This document shows positions 11,177-22,473 of a stretch of DNA of 64,000 nucleotides, one piece after another; positions within the stretch are counted from its first letter, which is position 1; each line of letters starts with the position of its first letter. Below the pieces are notes generated by a model. The model saw only the letters and a program-made list of their open reading frames with translations. It searched no databases and was not told where the DNA came from. This DNA is from an uncultured Nitrososphaeraceae archaeon (GTDB taxonomy: Archaea; Thermoproteota; Nitrososphaeria; Nitrososphaerales; Nitrososphaeraceae): NCBI GenBank assembly GCA_963765895.1, contig CAVXZB010000084.1, positions 192,001-256,000 of the forward strand, in the 5' to 3' direction. A program made the translations under genes and the position numbers.

Positions 11177-11872
11177 TTACTTCCATTCCCAGCCCTTTAT
11201 TGTACTGATACCATTCGGATTACCTTGATCTTTAAACATCATCACTGTGTTGCTCAAAGAGGAAAGGTCTCCTGTGGCGTTTGAGTTAAAGATAGCTGCG
11301 CCTGTTCCCTGCATTACCTGATTTCCAGTTACTTGCGAAGGCTGAGTAGATGGGTTATAGTGAGCAATCTCTCTAAAATTAAACGTTGCATTCCCAGCTT
11401 TTCCAGCAGTGGTTTTGATAAGGCCGCCGCCAACGATATCAGCAATTCCCTTCGATAAAGGTATAATAATTGCCCTGCCTTCAGGCTGAACAAAGTTTGT
11501 ACCATTTACTGTACCTTTACCTATGAATATTACTCCAATTGCATGTAGTCCAGTGTTCAGGACCAGAGGTTGTTGTCTAATGGTTTTCACATATTCTATA
11601 TAGAACGGATTTCCCAAAACGATGGCTTTTTTCGTTGTTGTCGTTTGGACATCATTAGAAGAAGTGGGTGTAATTTTCAATGCTTCTTTTTGAAGAGCAG
11701 ACTCCATAGTATTCGACATTGTGTTATTCGTGCTAGTCGCGTTGTTCGCATTAGTTATATTCGAGGACGCTGCATATAATTCAGTAATAAAGCTGGACTG
11801 GAAAGACAACAATCCTACCGCAAATATATTTGCTATCAAAAAAACTATGACAGCCGCTTTTTTTGATTCCAT
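11177..11872 (-). CDS. secreted or membrane-anchored hypothetical protein
   Basis: N-terminal hydrophobic signal, N/T/S-rich linker with N-X-S/T sequons, beta-rich C-terminus ending GWEWK. Confidence 0.75.
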   Translation of the reverse strand: MESKKAAVIVFLIANIFAVGLLSFQSSFITELYAASSNITNANNATSTNNTMSNTMESALQKEALKITPTSSNDVQTTTTKKAIVLGNPFYIEYVKTIRQQPLVLNTGLHAIGVIFIGKGTVNGTNFVQPEGRAIIIPLSKGIADIVGGGLIKTTAGKAGNATFNFREIAHYNPSTQPSQVTGNQVMQGTGAAIFNSNATGDLSSLSNTVMMFKDQGNPNGISTIKGWEWK

Positions 11873-12146
11873 GTTGACTTACTTTACTTGACATCCTTTA
11901 CTTAAGGATTGCCGAGATTGGGGAATAGATTGCACCTGATAATAAGGCTAAATAGTTCTCAATCTATACTACAAGTACTAAATTCATAGCCTACCTAAAA
12001 AACTACTCAATTTGTAACTCATTTTAGGTAATCATTACAGAGATTAAAAATAATTCGTTGTTTCTGAGGATTTTGATCGCTAAATATGTCAGATTATTTA
12101 TACTACAATGCTTTCAGTGAACAGGGGGTCAACCTCGTTCGATGCA

Positions 12147-12673
12147 CTAATCAATTAGGTGATAATTCATGTGTGTGCCAATATTTACATTATGTCTCTC
12201 AGTAAAATTAGCTGTTGTTTCCAATACATATAATGAATCTGCCTCGGGTGAGTATGTTGGACATGCAATATCAATTAAGCACGGCGACAAATTACGCTCT
12301 ATGTGTACTACATTACCCCCCTTATCAAGCCAGATGATATCTATCGGAAACTTCATACCATGCATCCAAAAAGGTTCTTTAGATGGCTTTGTGAAAATGA
12401 ACAGCATTCCCCTGTTCTCATTTAGATGATCTTTAATATCCAGTCCTTTTTGAAATTCATCGTTTGTAGTCGGAACGTCTGCAAGTAGGTTAAAGCCATT
12501 CACAGTTATATTTGCTAACCTGTAGGGTGAGCTTTTGTCTGCAACACTGCCTAGATTCTTAGCTAGAATTAAGAATTCATCATTGGCCCCTCTCAGAAGC
12601 AGACCACGATATAACAAAATATACTAATGCCTATTATGGTAAATAAGAAGAGGGCGATATATTTACGCTTCAA
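12147..12673 (-). CDS. DUF192 family protein with N-terminal membrane anchor (1-nt deletion near 12617)
   Basis: RGMLFIF, FWMHGMKFPIDIIWLD, YVLET; upstream TTG 12673 reads MKRKYIALFLFTIIGISIF and joins if one T is added to the run at about 12616-12619. Confidence 0.8.
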
Positions 12674-12899
12674 ATGACATTTCTAATATACCATAAACCT
12701 ATCAATGAATTAAAAAGATTTCTAGTTGAGTATTTATAAGGCCATTTCTAAAATTGGACATAGATAACACGTCTCCAAAGATTCTCTTCAATAATAATAT
12801 TTCATAGAAACTTTAGTACTGTATATCGATCTTGGCTATAATAGACTGGTAGAAGCTATAAATTCTTATCCTAAGCCAATATTCGTCGTATTTGAGCGA

Positions 12900-13436
12900 T
12901 TGAATTTAGAATACGTAATTAGTAGTCCAAAACCAAAGGAAGCTAATATATCATTAAATGGCACACAAATTGCAAAAATAAGTAAGGAGGGTAACCTAAC
13001 ATTCAAACTTGTCGATGAGAGAGATGGTCACGAATGGATCTTTAGTAGCAAGGTTCACGGCGAGTTTCGGCCCTTCTCTCTATCCATATCAGAGATAAAG
13101 AATGGAAACGTTGAGACTGAAGTTCTGACTATTCGAGAACATCTCTTTAGACATAACGGTAAATTTTATATGCTAACAAATCATCCGGAATGGAAATCTT
13201 GGAATGATTATGTGAGCAGTCCGAGATACATCTCAAGATTAGATAATTTCCCGTTTAGGGATCTAGTAGAAATCGATCATCATACTAGACAAAGAATTAA
13301 GAGATTTAGAGGAATAGCCGTAGGCGAGGCTTCAGGTTTCGGCACGGATGGCCATCGCATAAAACTAAGCAATGAACTGGAGGAAATTGGACTGTTGATT
13401 GCCGTCGCATCCTTTGTCTTGTACTCAATAGGCTAG
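12900..13436 (+). CDS. hypothetical protein
   Basis: 178-aa ORF, beta-rich with a hydrophobic C-terminal helix; family not recognised. Confidence 0.65.
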   Translation: MNLEYVISSPKPKEANISLNGTQIAKISKEGNLTFKLVDERDGHEWIFSSKVHGEFRPFSLSISEIKNGNVETEVLTIREHLFRHNGKFYMLTNHPEWKSWNDYVSSPRYISRLDNFPFRDLVEIDHHTRQRIKRFRGIAVGEASGFGTDGHRIKLSNELEEIGLLIAVASFVLYSIG

Positions 13437-13537
13437 GATTGACTCGAAACCTATCAATTCTTAGGAATGTATGCCTCAGTGTTGCTAAACCAGCCTATAA
13501 TAAAAGTAAATATGTAGAGAACATAACATGATTTTTG

Positions 13538-15008
13538 ATGGAAGTAGAACCTAATCGCATTGGTCAGTTTCCATTTCGAATGTCAGATCCTGAAAAGAGA
13601 AAAGAGGATTTTTCCGAAGTACAACAACCCTACACCAAAGAGGAAGTTATGAAAGAGACTGAAAGATGTTTGTTGTGTGGAACGCCTGTTGTATAGATGC
13701 ATGCCCCGTTTTAATGGATGTTAGGGGTATGAATGAAGCCGTAGCCCGGGGCGACTTCAAGAAAGCACACGAACGTATAAAGGAAACTAATTCACTTTTG
13801 GGCGTAACAGCTAGATGCTGCCCTCAGCTACAGGGCCTGTGTGAGGATGCATGTGTATTGCGTTGGAGCGGCCAGTCTATTGGGATTGGATTAATTCAAA
13901 GATACATTGCAGATTGGGAACAAAAGCAACAGAATAAGGAAAAACCATCAATGTTGACAGATACCAACAAAACAATAGCAATAATTGGAGCTGGACCTGC
14001 GGGGATAGCGGCAGTGAGCTTTTGAAAAGATACGGACATCATGTACTAATCTACGAGGAACTAAAGACACCTGGCGGGACAGCTTGGTACCGCATACCTG
14101 ATTATCATCTCCCAAAGGATGTATTACTTTATGAGATTGAAAGGATAAAGGATATGGATATTGAAATAAAAACTAGTATAAAGATTGGGAGGGATATTTC
14201 GCGGTCCCAATTGAAAGAAGAAAATAATGCTATCCTAATTACTACTGGTTCTAAAGATACCAATAAACTCGATACTCCAGGTATTGAATTGAAAGGAGTA
14301 ATTGACGGCTACCAGTTTTTAGAAGATGTATTCAGAGACGGAATTGATAACTATCTAAGAAAGACACCTCAAAAATATCATCTGGGAATCGATGTTATAG
14401 TAGTTGGTGGTGGGGACACGGTGCTAGATTGTGCAAGAACAGCGCTTAGATTAACTCAAGGCAATATTATGATAGCATACAGATGGACTGAATATGATAT
14501 GCCGGCTGATCCCATAATGCTTCAGGAAGCTAAGGAGGAAGGGATAGAATTTGTATTTCTTGCTGAACCAAAGGCATACCAGGGCCACGATGGAAGCGTC
14601 ACTTCAATAATTATGAACAGGATGCTACTCGGAGCACCCGATCATAGCGGTCGCAGAAGTCCGGAACCAATTTCGAATCAGGAATTTAAAATGGAATGTT
14701 CTAGTGTACTGCTAGCAGTAGGACGGGAACAGGATTCCTTCATACAAACAAAGGCTGGAATTAAAACCAGTAAACATAAATCAATTGCAGTTGATAATCA
14801 ATATAAAACTTCAATGAAAGGAGTCTTTGCCGCCGGTGACGTGACCACTGGAGAAACGCTTGTGGTGAAGGCAATGTCATCGGGTAGAGAAGCTGATCAG
14901 AGAATACATGAATACTTAATGAATTTAGAAGAAAATCATACTTCCTTCTACGAAAGATATTACAAGGAAAACTTTTATGATAGGATGCTAGAAGGCGGTA
15001 AGGCTTGA
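13538..15008 (+). pseudogene. glutamate synthase beta-chain/SudA-like NADPH-dependent Fe-S flavoprotein, disrupted
   Basis: ATG 13538 reads MEVEPNRIGQFPFR...ERCLLCGTPV; shifts at about 13690 and 14015; CIDACP, RCCPQ..LCEDAC, GAGPAG, GGGDT, FAAGD. Confidence 0.75.
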
Positions 15009-15169
15009 CCTCTACCAGAATAAAAGTAAATAGGCTTGAATTCACCAGATTACAACTCTGGCAGCTATGGAGCAAATTCCACAATTGTATGATATTGCGA
15101 GTGGGTCCGAAGAATGGTTAAGTAATCCAACAGCATTATAGATGAAGTATAATTGGAGATTATTGTCTA

Positions 15170-15406
15170 ATGACTGATGACGTTAGATCTGAGGATGTTA
15201 TAACAAGATGGCAGAAGAAAATTGAAATGATAGGTATTGATATAAGGGGCCTAGAACAAGATATTCAGACTGGGCGGATAAGATTAAAAACTAAGTTCAT
15301 AAATCAACATTTCATTAACGAGTTGGATAAAATTGGTCTCCTTCTGATAGGTATAACAGGAACCTTCACGGGAAAGCTTCTGATAAATCTAGAGCCTAAA
15401 GTTTGA
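15170..15406 (+). CDS. small hypothetical protein
   Basis: 78-aa ORF with ATG and protein-like composition; AT-rich box upstream. Confidence 0.55.
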   Translation: MTDDVRSEDVITRWQKKIEMIGIDIRGLEQDIQTGRIRLKTKFINQHFINELDKIGLLLIGITGTFTGKLLINLEPKV

Positions 15407-15602
15407 AATTTAAAACGAATTTATTAGAAGGATATGACAGGAGCGATAATCTATTAGTCGTGTATTCCAATGCCAGTCATGTTTACTATAATAAGCCATT
15501 CCTTTTTTTGACGTGTATGATACATAATTTTAAAATTTCACCATAGTCTAAGTCCATCTGCTTTATCATAGATTTCATCAACACACGAATTAATTTGACT
15601 GA

Positions 15603-16631
15603 TTAGAGGGCATTAACCAATCTTCTCATTTTGCCAAAGTTTATTTCGAATCCAAAACGTTTCTCCTCCTTTTTCATATTCATATACATACTCATTATCA
15701 AATTCAAATGTCTAACCATGTTTAGTTTATTTTCCATTTTTAACCTTACAATTCTGTAGACATCATCGTAATACGCGAATTTTTTTAATACTTTTTTCCT
15801 ATACTCGTCAATATTAGGCATGGTGCTCTCTTCCAAAGTTTCAAGAAATAAATCGCAGCACAATAAAGACGGTATTATCCCTTCCCCCAGCATTGGGAAT
15901 ACACATCCGATTGATTCCCCTACGCCAACTACATTGCCAGAGGTGAATGGCTCCATTCTTTTGGGTGGGGCTAATCGTATGGGTCTACCTATTTTTCTAA
16001 TAATTTTTGATTTTGGATATCTTCTGAAAAAATCTCGTATACCATAATATTTTCTATCAATATCACCAGCTCCGATGTATGCTTTTTCCTTATCAAGCGG
16101 GAAATACCAAAAGTAGCCCCTTGCCCCCTTGTAACCTATGACATAAAATTCTTCTAGTGCCTGAGTATTTTCGACAAGATATTCGTAGGCAGGTATGATA
16201 AAATCCTCATTGGATTTTGGTAACATAGTACCATGAAAACCCGTACAATCAATCACGAGATCATATTTGAAAGAAGGAAAAGTGTTGGCCAGGCACGGTG
16301 TTCCATATTCAATTTTAATTCCTGCCAGCATATCCTGTTCCCATCTACGTTTGTCGTACGTCACAAGTCCTCTCAAATCAAGGGTCTCTGTAATATTATT
16401 CGGAAGATCCATTTTCAGGACTTTACCTATGTGAAGCACGTAGTTATCAAAATTTAAACCCGCCTTAGCTGAAAACCTGGAAAGCATATGATATGAGGCT
16501 CCCCATGCGCATACCGGCCAATGATTCTCCTTTTTGCTTGCTTCAAATATATTCACATCGTGACCGCTCCTATTAAGCAGGCAGCCCAGATAGCTACCAG
16601 CCACCCCTGCGCCGGCAATGGCTATCTTCAT
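15603..16631 (-). CDS. geranylgeranyl reductase family FAD-dependent oxidoreductase
   Basis: MKIAIAGAGVAG Rossmann start at 16631, CAWG, GYFWYFP, VGESIGCVFPMLGEGI. Confidence 0.85.
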   Translation of the reverse strand: MKIAIAGAGVAGSYLGCLLNRSGHDVNIFEASKKENHWPVCAWGASYHMLSRFSAKAGLNFDNYVLHIGKVLKMDLPNNITETLDLRGLVTYDKRRWEQDMLAGIKIEYGTPCLANTFPSFKYDLVIDCTGFHGTMLPKSNEDFIIPAYEYLVENTQALEEFYVIGYKGARGYFWYFPLDKEKAYIGAGDIDRKYYGIRDFFRRYPKSKIIRKIGRPIRLAPPKRMEPFTSGNVVGVGESIGCVFPMLGEGIIPSLLCCDLFLETLEESTMPNIDEYRKKVLKKFAYYDDVYRIVRLKMENKLNMVRHLNLIMSMYMNMKKEEKRFGFEINFGKMRRLVNAL

Positions 16632-17021
16632 TATATTCTCATTGTTTAGAAAGAATAACTTATAATTCTTATCAAGTTTGATATGCATTAAATTAATGTG
16701 AACAAATTCTCAACACTATTTTGAACAGTATTCTCCTCATTAGTAAATTCTAGTTCTTATCGTAGTAAACAAGTATCAACAACTGATTTAATCCAGATTT
16801 TTTACAAATGTAACCGCTGTGAAAATCTCGAAGCAAGTTATTTTTGAATGGGCTGATAGTAGTATTTTTCTATTGGTTAGTCACAGTAGAATGATTACTT
16901 CTACCATTACTTATTTTCAATCAATAAGCCAATTACATACTTATGTTGAATAGGCACGAATCTGGAATTTAGTACAAATAATAGTTTCACATAAATACCT
17001 TATTTTCTAGCCATTTTCTGA

Positions 17022-17828
17022 ATGAAACGAACTATAATGACGTACACCATAGCAACAATAGTGTCATTGGCGGCAATAGGAGGACTAATATTTCAACCAT
17101 CATCACAAATGGCACAAGCGCAGACAATACCACCAGCAGCAGGGCCGGTTGTAACTAATCCTACTTGCGGGGATCGTGTCACCGGAGTTGTGACTCTAAC
17201 TTCAAATCTTGTGTGCGCTGGGGACGGCATAATCGTAGGTGCTGATAATACAGTAATAAACATGAATGGATATTCGATTAAGAACTCTGCAAGCGGAACA
17301 TCTAACAATAAAGTGGGAATCATGGTACCAATGTATGATAACGTTGTGATCAATGGTCCAGGAACGATAAGTAACTTCCAAGCTGGGATATTAGCAACAG
17401 GAGCTAGTCACTTGAGCGTATCAACAGGCGTAATATTATTGAATAACGAAATAGGCGTATTTATGACAGGTGCAGATCACGCACAATTGGCGATGGACTT
17501 GTTCCTATCAAATAACATAGGATTTGCTACTCATTCCGTAAGCGACCTTGCCTTAAAGAGCAATACCTTCTCTAATAATAGACTAGCAGGTATAACCTTG
17601 GTTAACACACATGGTGCTACATTAGATACAAATAATGTTCAAGGAAGCGACAATGGCATATTCACAGACTCACAGAGCGAAGGCAATCATATAGTAACAA
17701 ACTCAATGAAACAAAATAAAATAGATATCAACAATGCAAATGGATTACCGTCAAATATTAACTCAAACCAATTCGTCGGAAATAACTGTGATACTAGCAA
17801 CCCATCTGGTATATGCATTGCAAAGTAA
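17022..17828 (+). CDS. secreted right-handed parallel beta-helix (NosD/pectin-lyase-like) protein
   Basis: Signal peptide, 'TLTSNLVCAGDGIIVGADNTVINMNGYSI', repeated N-x-GI units. Confidence 0.8.
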   Translation: MKRTIMTYTIATIVSLAAIGGLIFQPSSQMAQAQTIPPAAGPVVTNPTCGDRVTGVVTLTSNLVCAGDGIIVGADNTVINMNGYSIKNSASGTSNNKVGIMVPMYDNVVINGPGTISNFQAGILATGASHLSVSTGVILLNNEIGVFMTGADHAQLAMDLFLSNNIGFATHSVSDLALKSNTFSNNRLAGITLVNTHGATLDTNNVQGSDNGIFTDSQSEGNHIVTNSMKQNKIDINNANGLPSNINSNQFVGNNCDTSNPSGICIAK

Positions 17829-18192
17829 ACAGTAATAACGAGTACGAACGCAACCCATCTTCTTTTTATTCTTATTCTAATTATTATCTTTACAAATTAT
17901 ATCTCTAGGGCTCTGTTATATTACCGCAAGCTGGCTATAACATCAATCAATGTTACGGCTGCGTAGATTTTAGTACATATCACCAATAAGACATAGAAAA
18001 CTGATAGATAAGATATTTAACATTGGTTTTAGATTACCACATCAAGATGTATGTAATCAAGCCAAGTCACTATGAGCTTTATGCCTACTGCGTATCTCCT
18101 TATTTCTAGTGACATTGCACTACATTTGTAACTGTACTTTTGCCTAGAATAGAAGATAGAAATAAATAAATTTAATACCAATCCTCTTTCAC

Positions 18193-18707
18193 ATGATGAA
18201 TAATAAACAACAGGTGAGTTATCGATTATTCTCCACACTAGCCGTTCTAAGTATTCTAATCGGATCAGTGGTTATACTAAATCATAACACACTTTTTCAA
18301 AGGGTTTTTGCACAACAGACAAATAATTCCACCGTTCGCCAAACTCCAGGTAAGTCACCTGAGGATTTGGTAAATTCTCTCATGTCTCCAAAATCTCTTA
18401 TGGAATCAGTTATTAACCAAACTCGTAATACTAACGCGACAAATTTTGCCGCGAAGCAAATTCTTTCTAAAGTAAATGTGACTAATAGTACAGCCGCTGG
18501 TATGAATGGGACGAATAGTACAGCCCGCTGGTATGAATGGGACGAATAGGTACAGCCGCTGGTATGAATGGGACGAATAGTACAGCCGCTGGTATGAATG
18601 GGACGAATAGTACAGCCGCTGGTATGAATTCTGTCATACAGAAATTACAGAATACTAATGCGACAAATTTTGCCACTCATGCCATTATCGACGCAATTAA
18701 GAGATAG
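18193..18707 (+). CDS. secreted protein with NSTAAGMNGT tandem repeats (two +1 insertions in the repeats)
   Basis: Signal peptide ending VFAQ; removing the extra C (about 18525) and G (about 18550) reads through to ...MNSVIQKLQNTNATNFATHAIIDAIKR* at 18707. Confidence 0.7.
18484..18629 (+). repeat. 30-bp coding tandem repeat, about 4.8 copies
   Basis: Unit AATAGTACAGCCGCTGGTATGAATGGGACG at 18484, 18514 (+C), 18545 (+G), 18576 and partial at 18606. Confidence 0.95.
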
Positions 18708-18908
18708 ATAGCGAGTACATCATCTGTAATGTATAGATGACTTACCGCCGTGGTAAAATTGGTAAATTGTAACCAATATCTTACCTTATCTTGTCTAATC
18801 TCGGTATCCTAGTGGCAAAAAATGTATGCTGTAGTTAGAATTTTACATCTTATAAGAGCTTTGCATTAAGTGTATTGAACGAACATCTTAGATATTCAAA
18901 TTTAAACA

Positions 18909-19073
18909 TCAAGCGCTTTCTAAGTGTGCATCTTTAATCCTGAGTCTGGCATACTTGTCGTCCGGAGAATATCTTGCGGGATGAGCGGAAAAAGTGGGTG
19001 ATTTACACTTTGGGCATTCGTACTTCATTGTATATGCCCCACACGATTGACACCTTCTCAGAAGAAGTCTCAT
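18909..19073 (-). CDS. nop10: H/ACA RNP protein Nop10 (not in the ORF track)
   Basis: MRLLLRRCQSCGAYTMKYECPKCKSPTFSAHPARYSPDDKYARLRIKDAHLESA*; Zn ribbon plus HPARYSPDDKY; directly downstream of aIF2alpha. Confidence 0.93.
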   Translation of the reverse strand: MRLLLRRCQSCGAYTMKYECPKCKSPTFSAHPARYSPDDKYARLRIKDAHLESA

Positions 19074-19081
19074 TCTTTGAA

Positions 19082-19891
19082 CTATCCAGAAGAGTGTGTC
19101 TTTTTAGATTCAAGGCGGATGAAGTTAAATGTTCCATGGTGTTTAATTATCGATGAACGGACTTTATCTACCACATTATTCATTATTTTTTCTGCCATCT
19201 TGAAATTCTCTGTGGTAATCACAATCCTGTAACGTGGGGCGGCTATGTATGAAATGGCGACCTGCGAATTGTTTTTATTACTTTCTACGGATGATAGTAC
19301 AGATTTAACAACCTCTATTCCATCAGGTTTTTTAATTGAAATCTCAAAAATTCCTCGTATTTCGACGTGTGGAATCTGAATCTTCTTGCTTTCCTCTTCA
19401 ATCGCCTTAACAATTTCAGCTGAGAGATCTAGATTCTGAATTGGCTCCACTCCTTTTCTGGCTGCGGCCTCGAAAAGGTCGTATACATAATCATATTTTT
19501 GCAATATCTTTTCTTCGAGTTCCTTCATCTGCGTATCTGTAAGGTTCGCTTTGGACTTAATAATCTCCATAAATGCCGAAGCTTTTTCACTCTTCTTCAC
19601 TTCGATGACTTTGGATTTTCTTTCTTCTCCAGAGACCTGTTTTAGTGAAAGGTCAACCTCAGCTCTAGCTTTATCTACCCTAATTACCTTTAGGACTAGT
19701 TTTTGTTTAGGTTTTACATATCGCTCAATATTTCGAATCCAACCTGTCGCGATTTCCGAAATGTGAAGAAAACCCGTCATTCCTTTATATTCATCTAAAC
19801 CAACATAAGCGCCATGTCCAGTAACTTGTTTAACAGATACAATGACAATGTCTCCTTCATCAGGAAGTTGTCGTAACTCGGCAGTAACCAT
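19082..19891 (-). CDS. eif2a: translation initiation factor aIF-2 subunit alpha
   Basis: S1 domain LPDEGDIV...GAYVGLDEY...GFLHISEIATGWIRNI, VDLSLK, AAPRYRI. Confidence 0.95.
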   Translation of the reverse strand: MVTAELRQLPDEGDIVIVSVKQVTGHGAYVGLDEYKGMTGFLHISEIATGWIRNIERYVKPKQKLVLKVIRVDKARAEVDLSLKQVSGEERKSKVIEVKKSEKASAFMEIIKSKANLTDTQMKELEEKILQKYDYVYDLFEAAARKGVEPIQNLDLSAEIVKAIEEESKKIQIPHVEIRGIFEISIKKPDGIEVVKSVLSSVESNKNNSQVAISYIAAPRYRIVITTENFKMAEKIMNNVVDKVRSSIIKHHGTFNFIRLESKKTHSSG

Positions 19892-20121
19892 TTATAGGGG
19901 TAAACCGAACAAGTCGCATACTTTAACGTTACCATCCTTACAATTTGCTTACCTTCATTGCCATTCGGATCTTAATTTGCGACACAGTCAAAATATGTAA
20001 TTAGCAATAGGCATGGAATATACTTCTAAGTAGCAATGTCGGCACAGGCACATCCATGAATATAGGAATTTGGACCAAGTTCACTTTTTATACATGTTAA
20101 ATTTATTGGATTTAATCATTA

Positions 20122-20673
20122 ATGCAAACTGATAGCATGTTCAACAAAAGTGGTCTCATAGTCGTGTACACTGGAAACGGTAAGGGTAAAACTACTGCGG
20201 CTCTAGGCATTGCCTTGCGGTCAGTAGGACATGGCCATAAGGTATGGATGATTCAATTCATAAAGGGCGAATGGTATTATGGCGAACTCACTAGCTCAAA
20301 AAGATTGGAACCTGAATTTGAATTAATAGCAGCTGGCAAAGGCTTTGTAGGAATCTTAGATGATGATCACTCAATAGCCGAACATCAAACGGCCGCAAAA
20401 AATGCTGTTGTGTTAGCAAAAAACAAAATCACTTCAGGAGAATACGATGTAATCATCCTAGATGAGATCAACTATGCTGTAAAACTGAGTTTAATACCAA
20501 AAGAAGATGTAATAAATATATTGAAACTGGTTCCTAGGCAGACAACAATTGTACTTACTGGTAACTATGCGCTTCCAGAAATTATAGATATGGCCGATAT
20601 AGTGACTGAAATGAAGGAGATTAAGCATCCTTATCGATCGGGATTGAAAGCGAAGGAAGGTATAGATTATTAG
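20122..20673 (+). CDS. cobO: cob(I)yrinic acid a,c-diamide adenosyltransferase (CobO/BtuR)
   Basis: VYTGNGKGKTTAALG, IQFIKG, ILDEINYA, VLTG, VTEMKEIKHPY..G..A.EGIDY. Confidence 0.93.
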   Translation: MQTDSMFNKSGLIVVYTGNGKGKTTAALGIALRSVGHGHKVWMIQFIKGEWYYGELTSSKRLEPEFELIAAGKGFVGILDDDHSIAEHQTAAKNAVVLAKNKITSGEYDVIILDEINYAVKLSLIPKEDVINILKLVPRQTTIVLTGNYALPEIIDMADIVTEMKEIKHPYRSGLKAKEGIDY

Positions 20674-20960
20674 CACTTGAATAATGCTTCATCCAACAGC
20701 GAAAACCTTAGCCCGCAGAATTGGGCGATGCACTAACCTGTGTCCCTTGTCTCATTCAGAAATAATTAAGTTCCGGCGAAGAGAATAATGAAGACGCAAG
20801 GATATAACACCGTGTTTATTTTTGTCAAGCTATGCATTTTCCCGATTTTCCCTCGATCCCTTAAAAGTCGCGATTTCGGTTCTAGACCACCTAGTATCAT
20901 TAAGATTTACCTTGGCTCAATTTCATATTTAATTCAATACAATTACCAATTGAAAATTAT

Positions 20961-21386
20961 GTGAATCTTCACATATATATACAAGCAAAATTTTTACTAG
21001 TAATTATATTGAATTTTGAAAAATTGTGTCAACAAGTATTCGCTTTACATGATGACATCAGATATGCTGGGATTATTGATGACTTCGGATCGTTGATTGC
21101 AGGTGGTATGCGTAAAGGAATCGATTCGATTACTGCAGAAGATAATGACGAACTATATTTGGTTCAAACTGCCCTCAGAAAGTCGATGAGACATAGATTT
21201 GATAAGTCTATGGGTAGAGCAAGGTTTGCATATGTGGAACGGGAGAAAATTTCCATGTTGACCTTCTATATGGAAAAGTTTACCCTATTATTATCTATCG
21301 AACCTAATGTAGATTCCCACACCGTGATAGATATTACCAAAGATGTGCAAGATTTGATCGTGGCCAATAATCGGGAAGAAGGCTAA
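20961..21386 (+). CDS. thaumarchaeal DUF6659-like (roadblock/longin-like) protein
   Basis: 'CQQVFALHDDIRYAGIID..G.LIAGGMRKG...MG...AYVEREKI' pattern; the start may be TTG near 21009. Confidence 0.7.
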   Translation: MNLHIYIQAKFLLVIILNFEKLCQQVFALHDDIRYAGIIDDFGSLIAGGMRKGIDSITAEDNDELYLVQTALRKSMRHRFDKSMGRARFAYVEREKISMLTFYMEKFTLLLSIEPNVDSHTVIDITKDVQDLIVANNREEG

Positions 21387-21582
21387 ATTGTTGTACGTGA
21401 GGTTTCAATTGGTGCCGGCGCCCAATGAAGTCTTCTTACATTATATTTCAACTTGATTATGGCCCTATAATTAGATTTTCCTTATTTGTTTTATTACATG
21501 AAAAAGCAGGTAAATTAGTTGAATGAAAGGTAGAAACGTATTTATTTAAAAATCAACTTTTCATACCAGTTGTGGATTTGTT

Positions 21583-22020
21583 ATGGTAATTAACACTGAA
21601 CTGCTTAACGCTCGAAAAAAAATCTCTGCTTCTAGGCCTAAATTTGTTAGGCAGGAAAGCTGGAGGTATGATAGATTATCAGAGAGTTGGCGAAGGCCTA
21701 AAGGGAAAGATAACAAGATGAGACGTCAGGTCTCTGGAGTTCCCCCTCTTGTAAAGGTAGGCTATCGAGGGCCCAAGATAAGCCGTGGATTACATCCATC
21801 TGGATACACGGACAATCTCGTGTTTAACGGGAAGGATTTAATGAAATTAGATCCAAAGAATGATGCAGCAAGGATTGGACATGCTGTGGGGAAACGTAAA
21901 AGAATTGAGATAATCACAAAGGCATCGGAACTGGGGATTAAGGTATTAAACGCTGGAAAATTGTCACAAAAAGAGAAAAATGAAACAAATAACACTATCG
22001 AAACTAGGGGTAAAAGATGA
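21583..22020 (+). CDS. rpl32e: 50S ribosomal protein L32e
   Basis: RPKFVRQESWRY, WRRPKGKDNKMR, GYRGP, RGLHPSG. Confidence 0.97.
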   Translation: MVINTELLNARKKISASRPKFVRQESWRYDRLSESWRRPKGKDNKMRRQVSGVPPLVKVGYRGPKISRGLHPSGYTDNLVFNGKDLMKLDPKNDAARIGHAVGKRKRIEIITKASELGIKVLNAGKLSQKEKNETNNTIETRGKR

Positions 22021-22026
22021 GAACTC

Positions 22027-22473
22027 ATGGTAATTAACATAAGAAAGAAGAGAGAGCTAGCAGCGAGAATACTTGGCGTAGGGATCAATAGGGTCAAGTT
22101 CGAACCGGACAAACTTGACGATGTGGCTGATTCAATCACTAGAGAAAATATAAGGAGCCTGATCAAGAAAGGAGTAATTTGGACAGGTAAACCTGCTGGT
22201 ACATCAAGGTCTAGAGCTAAGGCCAAACACATAATTCGAAGAAAGCATGGAACGGGGCCCGGTTCCAAGAAAGGGAAGAGGTCTACAAGAGTAGGAAAGA
22301 AGAAGGTCTACATACAAAAGGTAAGATCAATGCGATATCATTTAAAGGTACTAAAAGATAGAAGCGATATAAATAGAGAAACGTTCTGGATGCTTTACAA
22401 GAAGGTAAACGGTGGCCAAGTGAGATCACTGGCGCATCTTAGGGATCTGGTGAAGGAAACTAAGCTTCATTAG
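22027..22473 (+). CDS. rpl19e: 50S ribosomal protein L19e
   Basis: KRELAARILGVGINRV, ITRENIRSLIKKG, GPGSKKG, LYKKVNGG. Confidence 0.97.
   Translation: MVINIRKKRELAARILGVGINRVKFEPDKLDDVADSITRENIRSLIKKGVIWTGKPAGTSRSRAKAKHIIRRKHGTGPGSKKGKRSTRVGKKKVYIQKVRSMRYHLKVLKDRSDINRETFWMLYKKVNGGQVRSLAHLRDLVKETKLH

Noticed and set aside
18484-18629. 30-bp repeats as a CRISPR array
   Set aside because: Units are directly adjacent with no spacers, keep the reading frame, and no cas genes are present.
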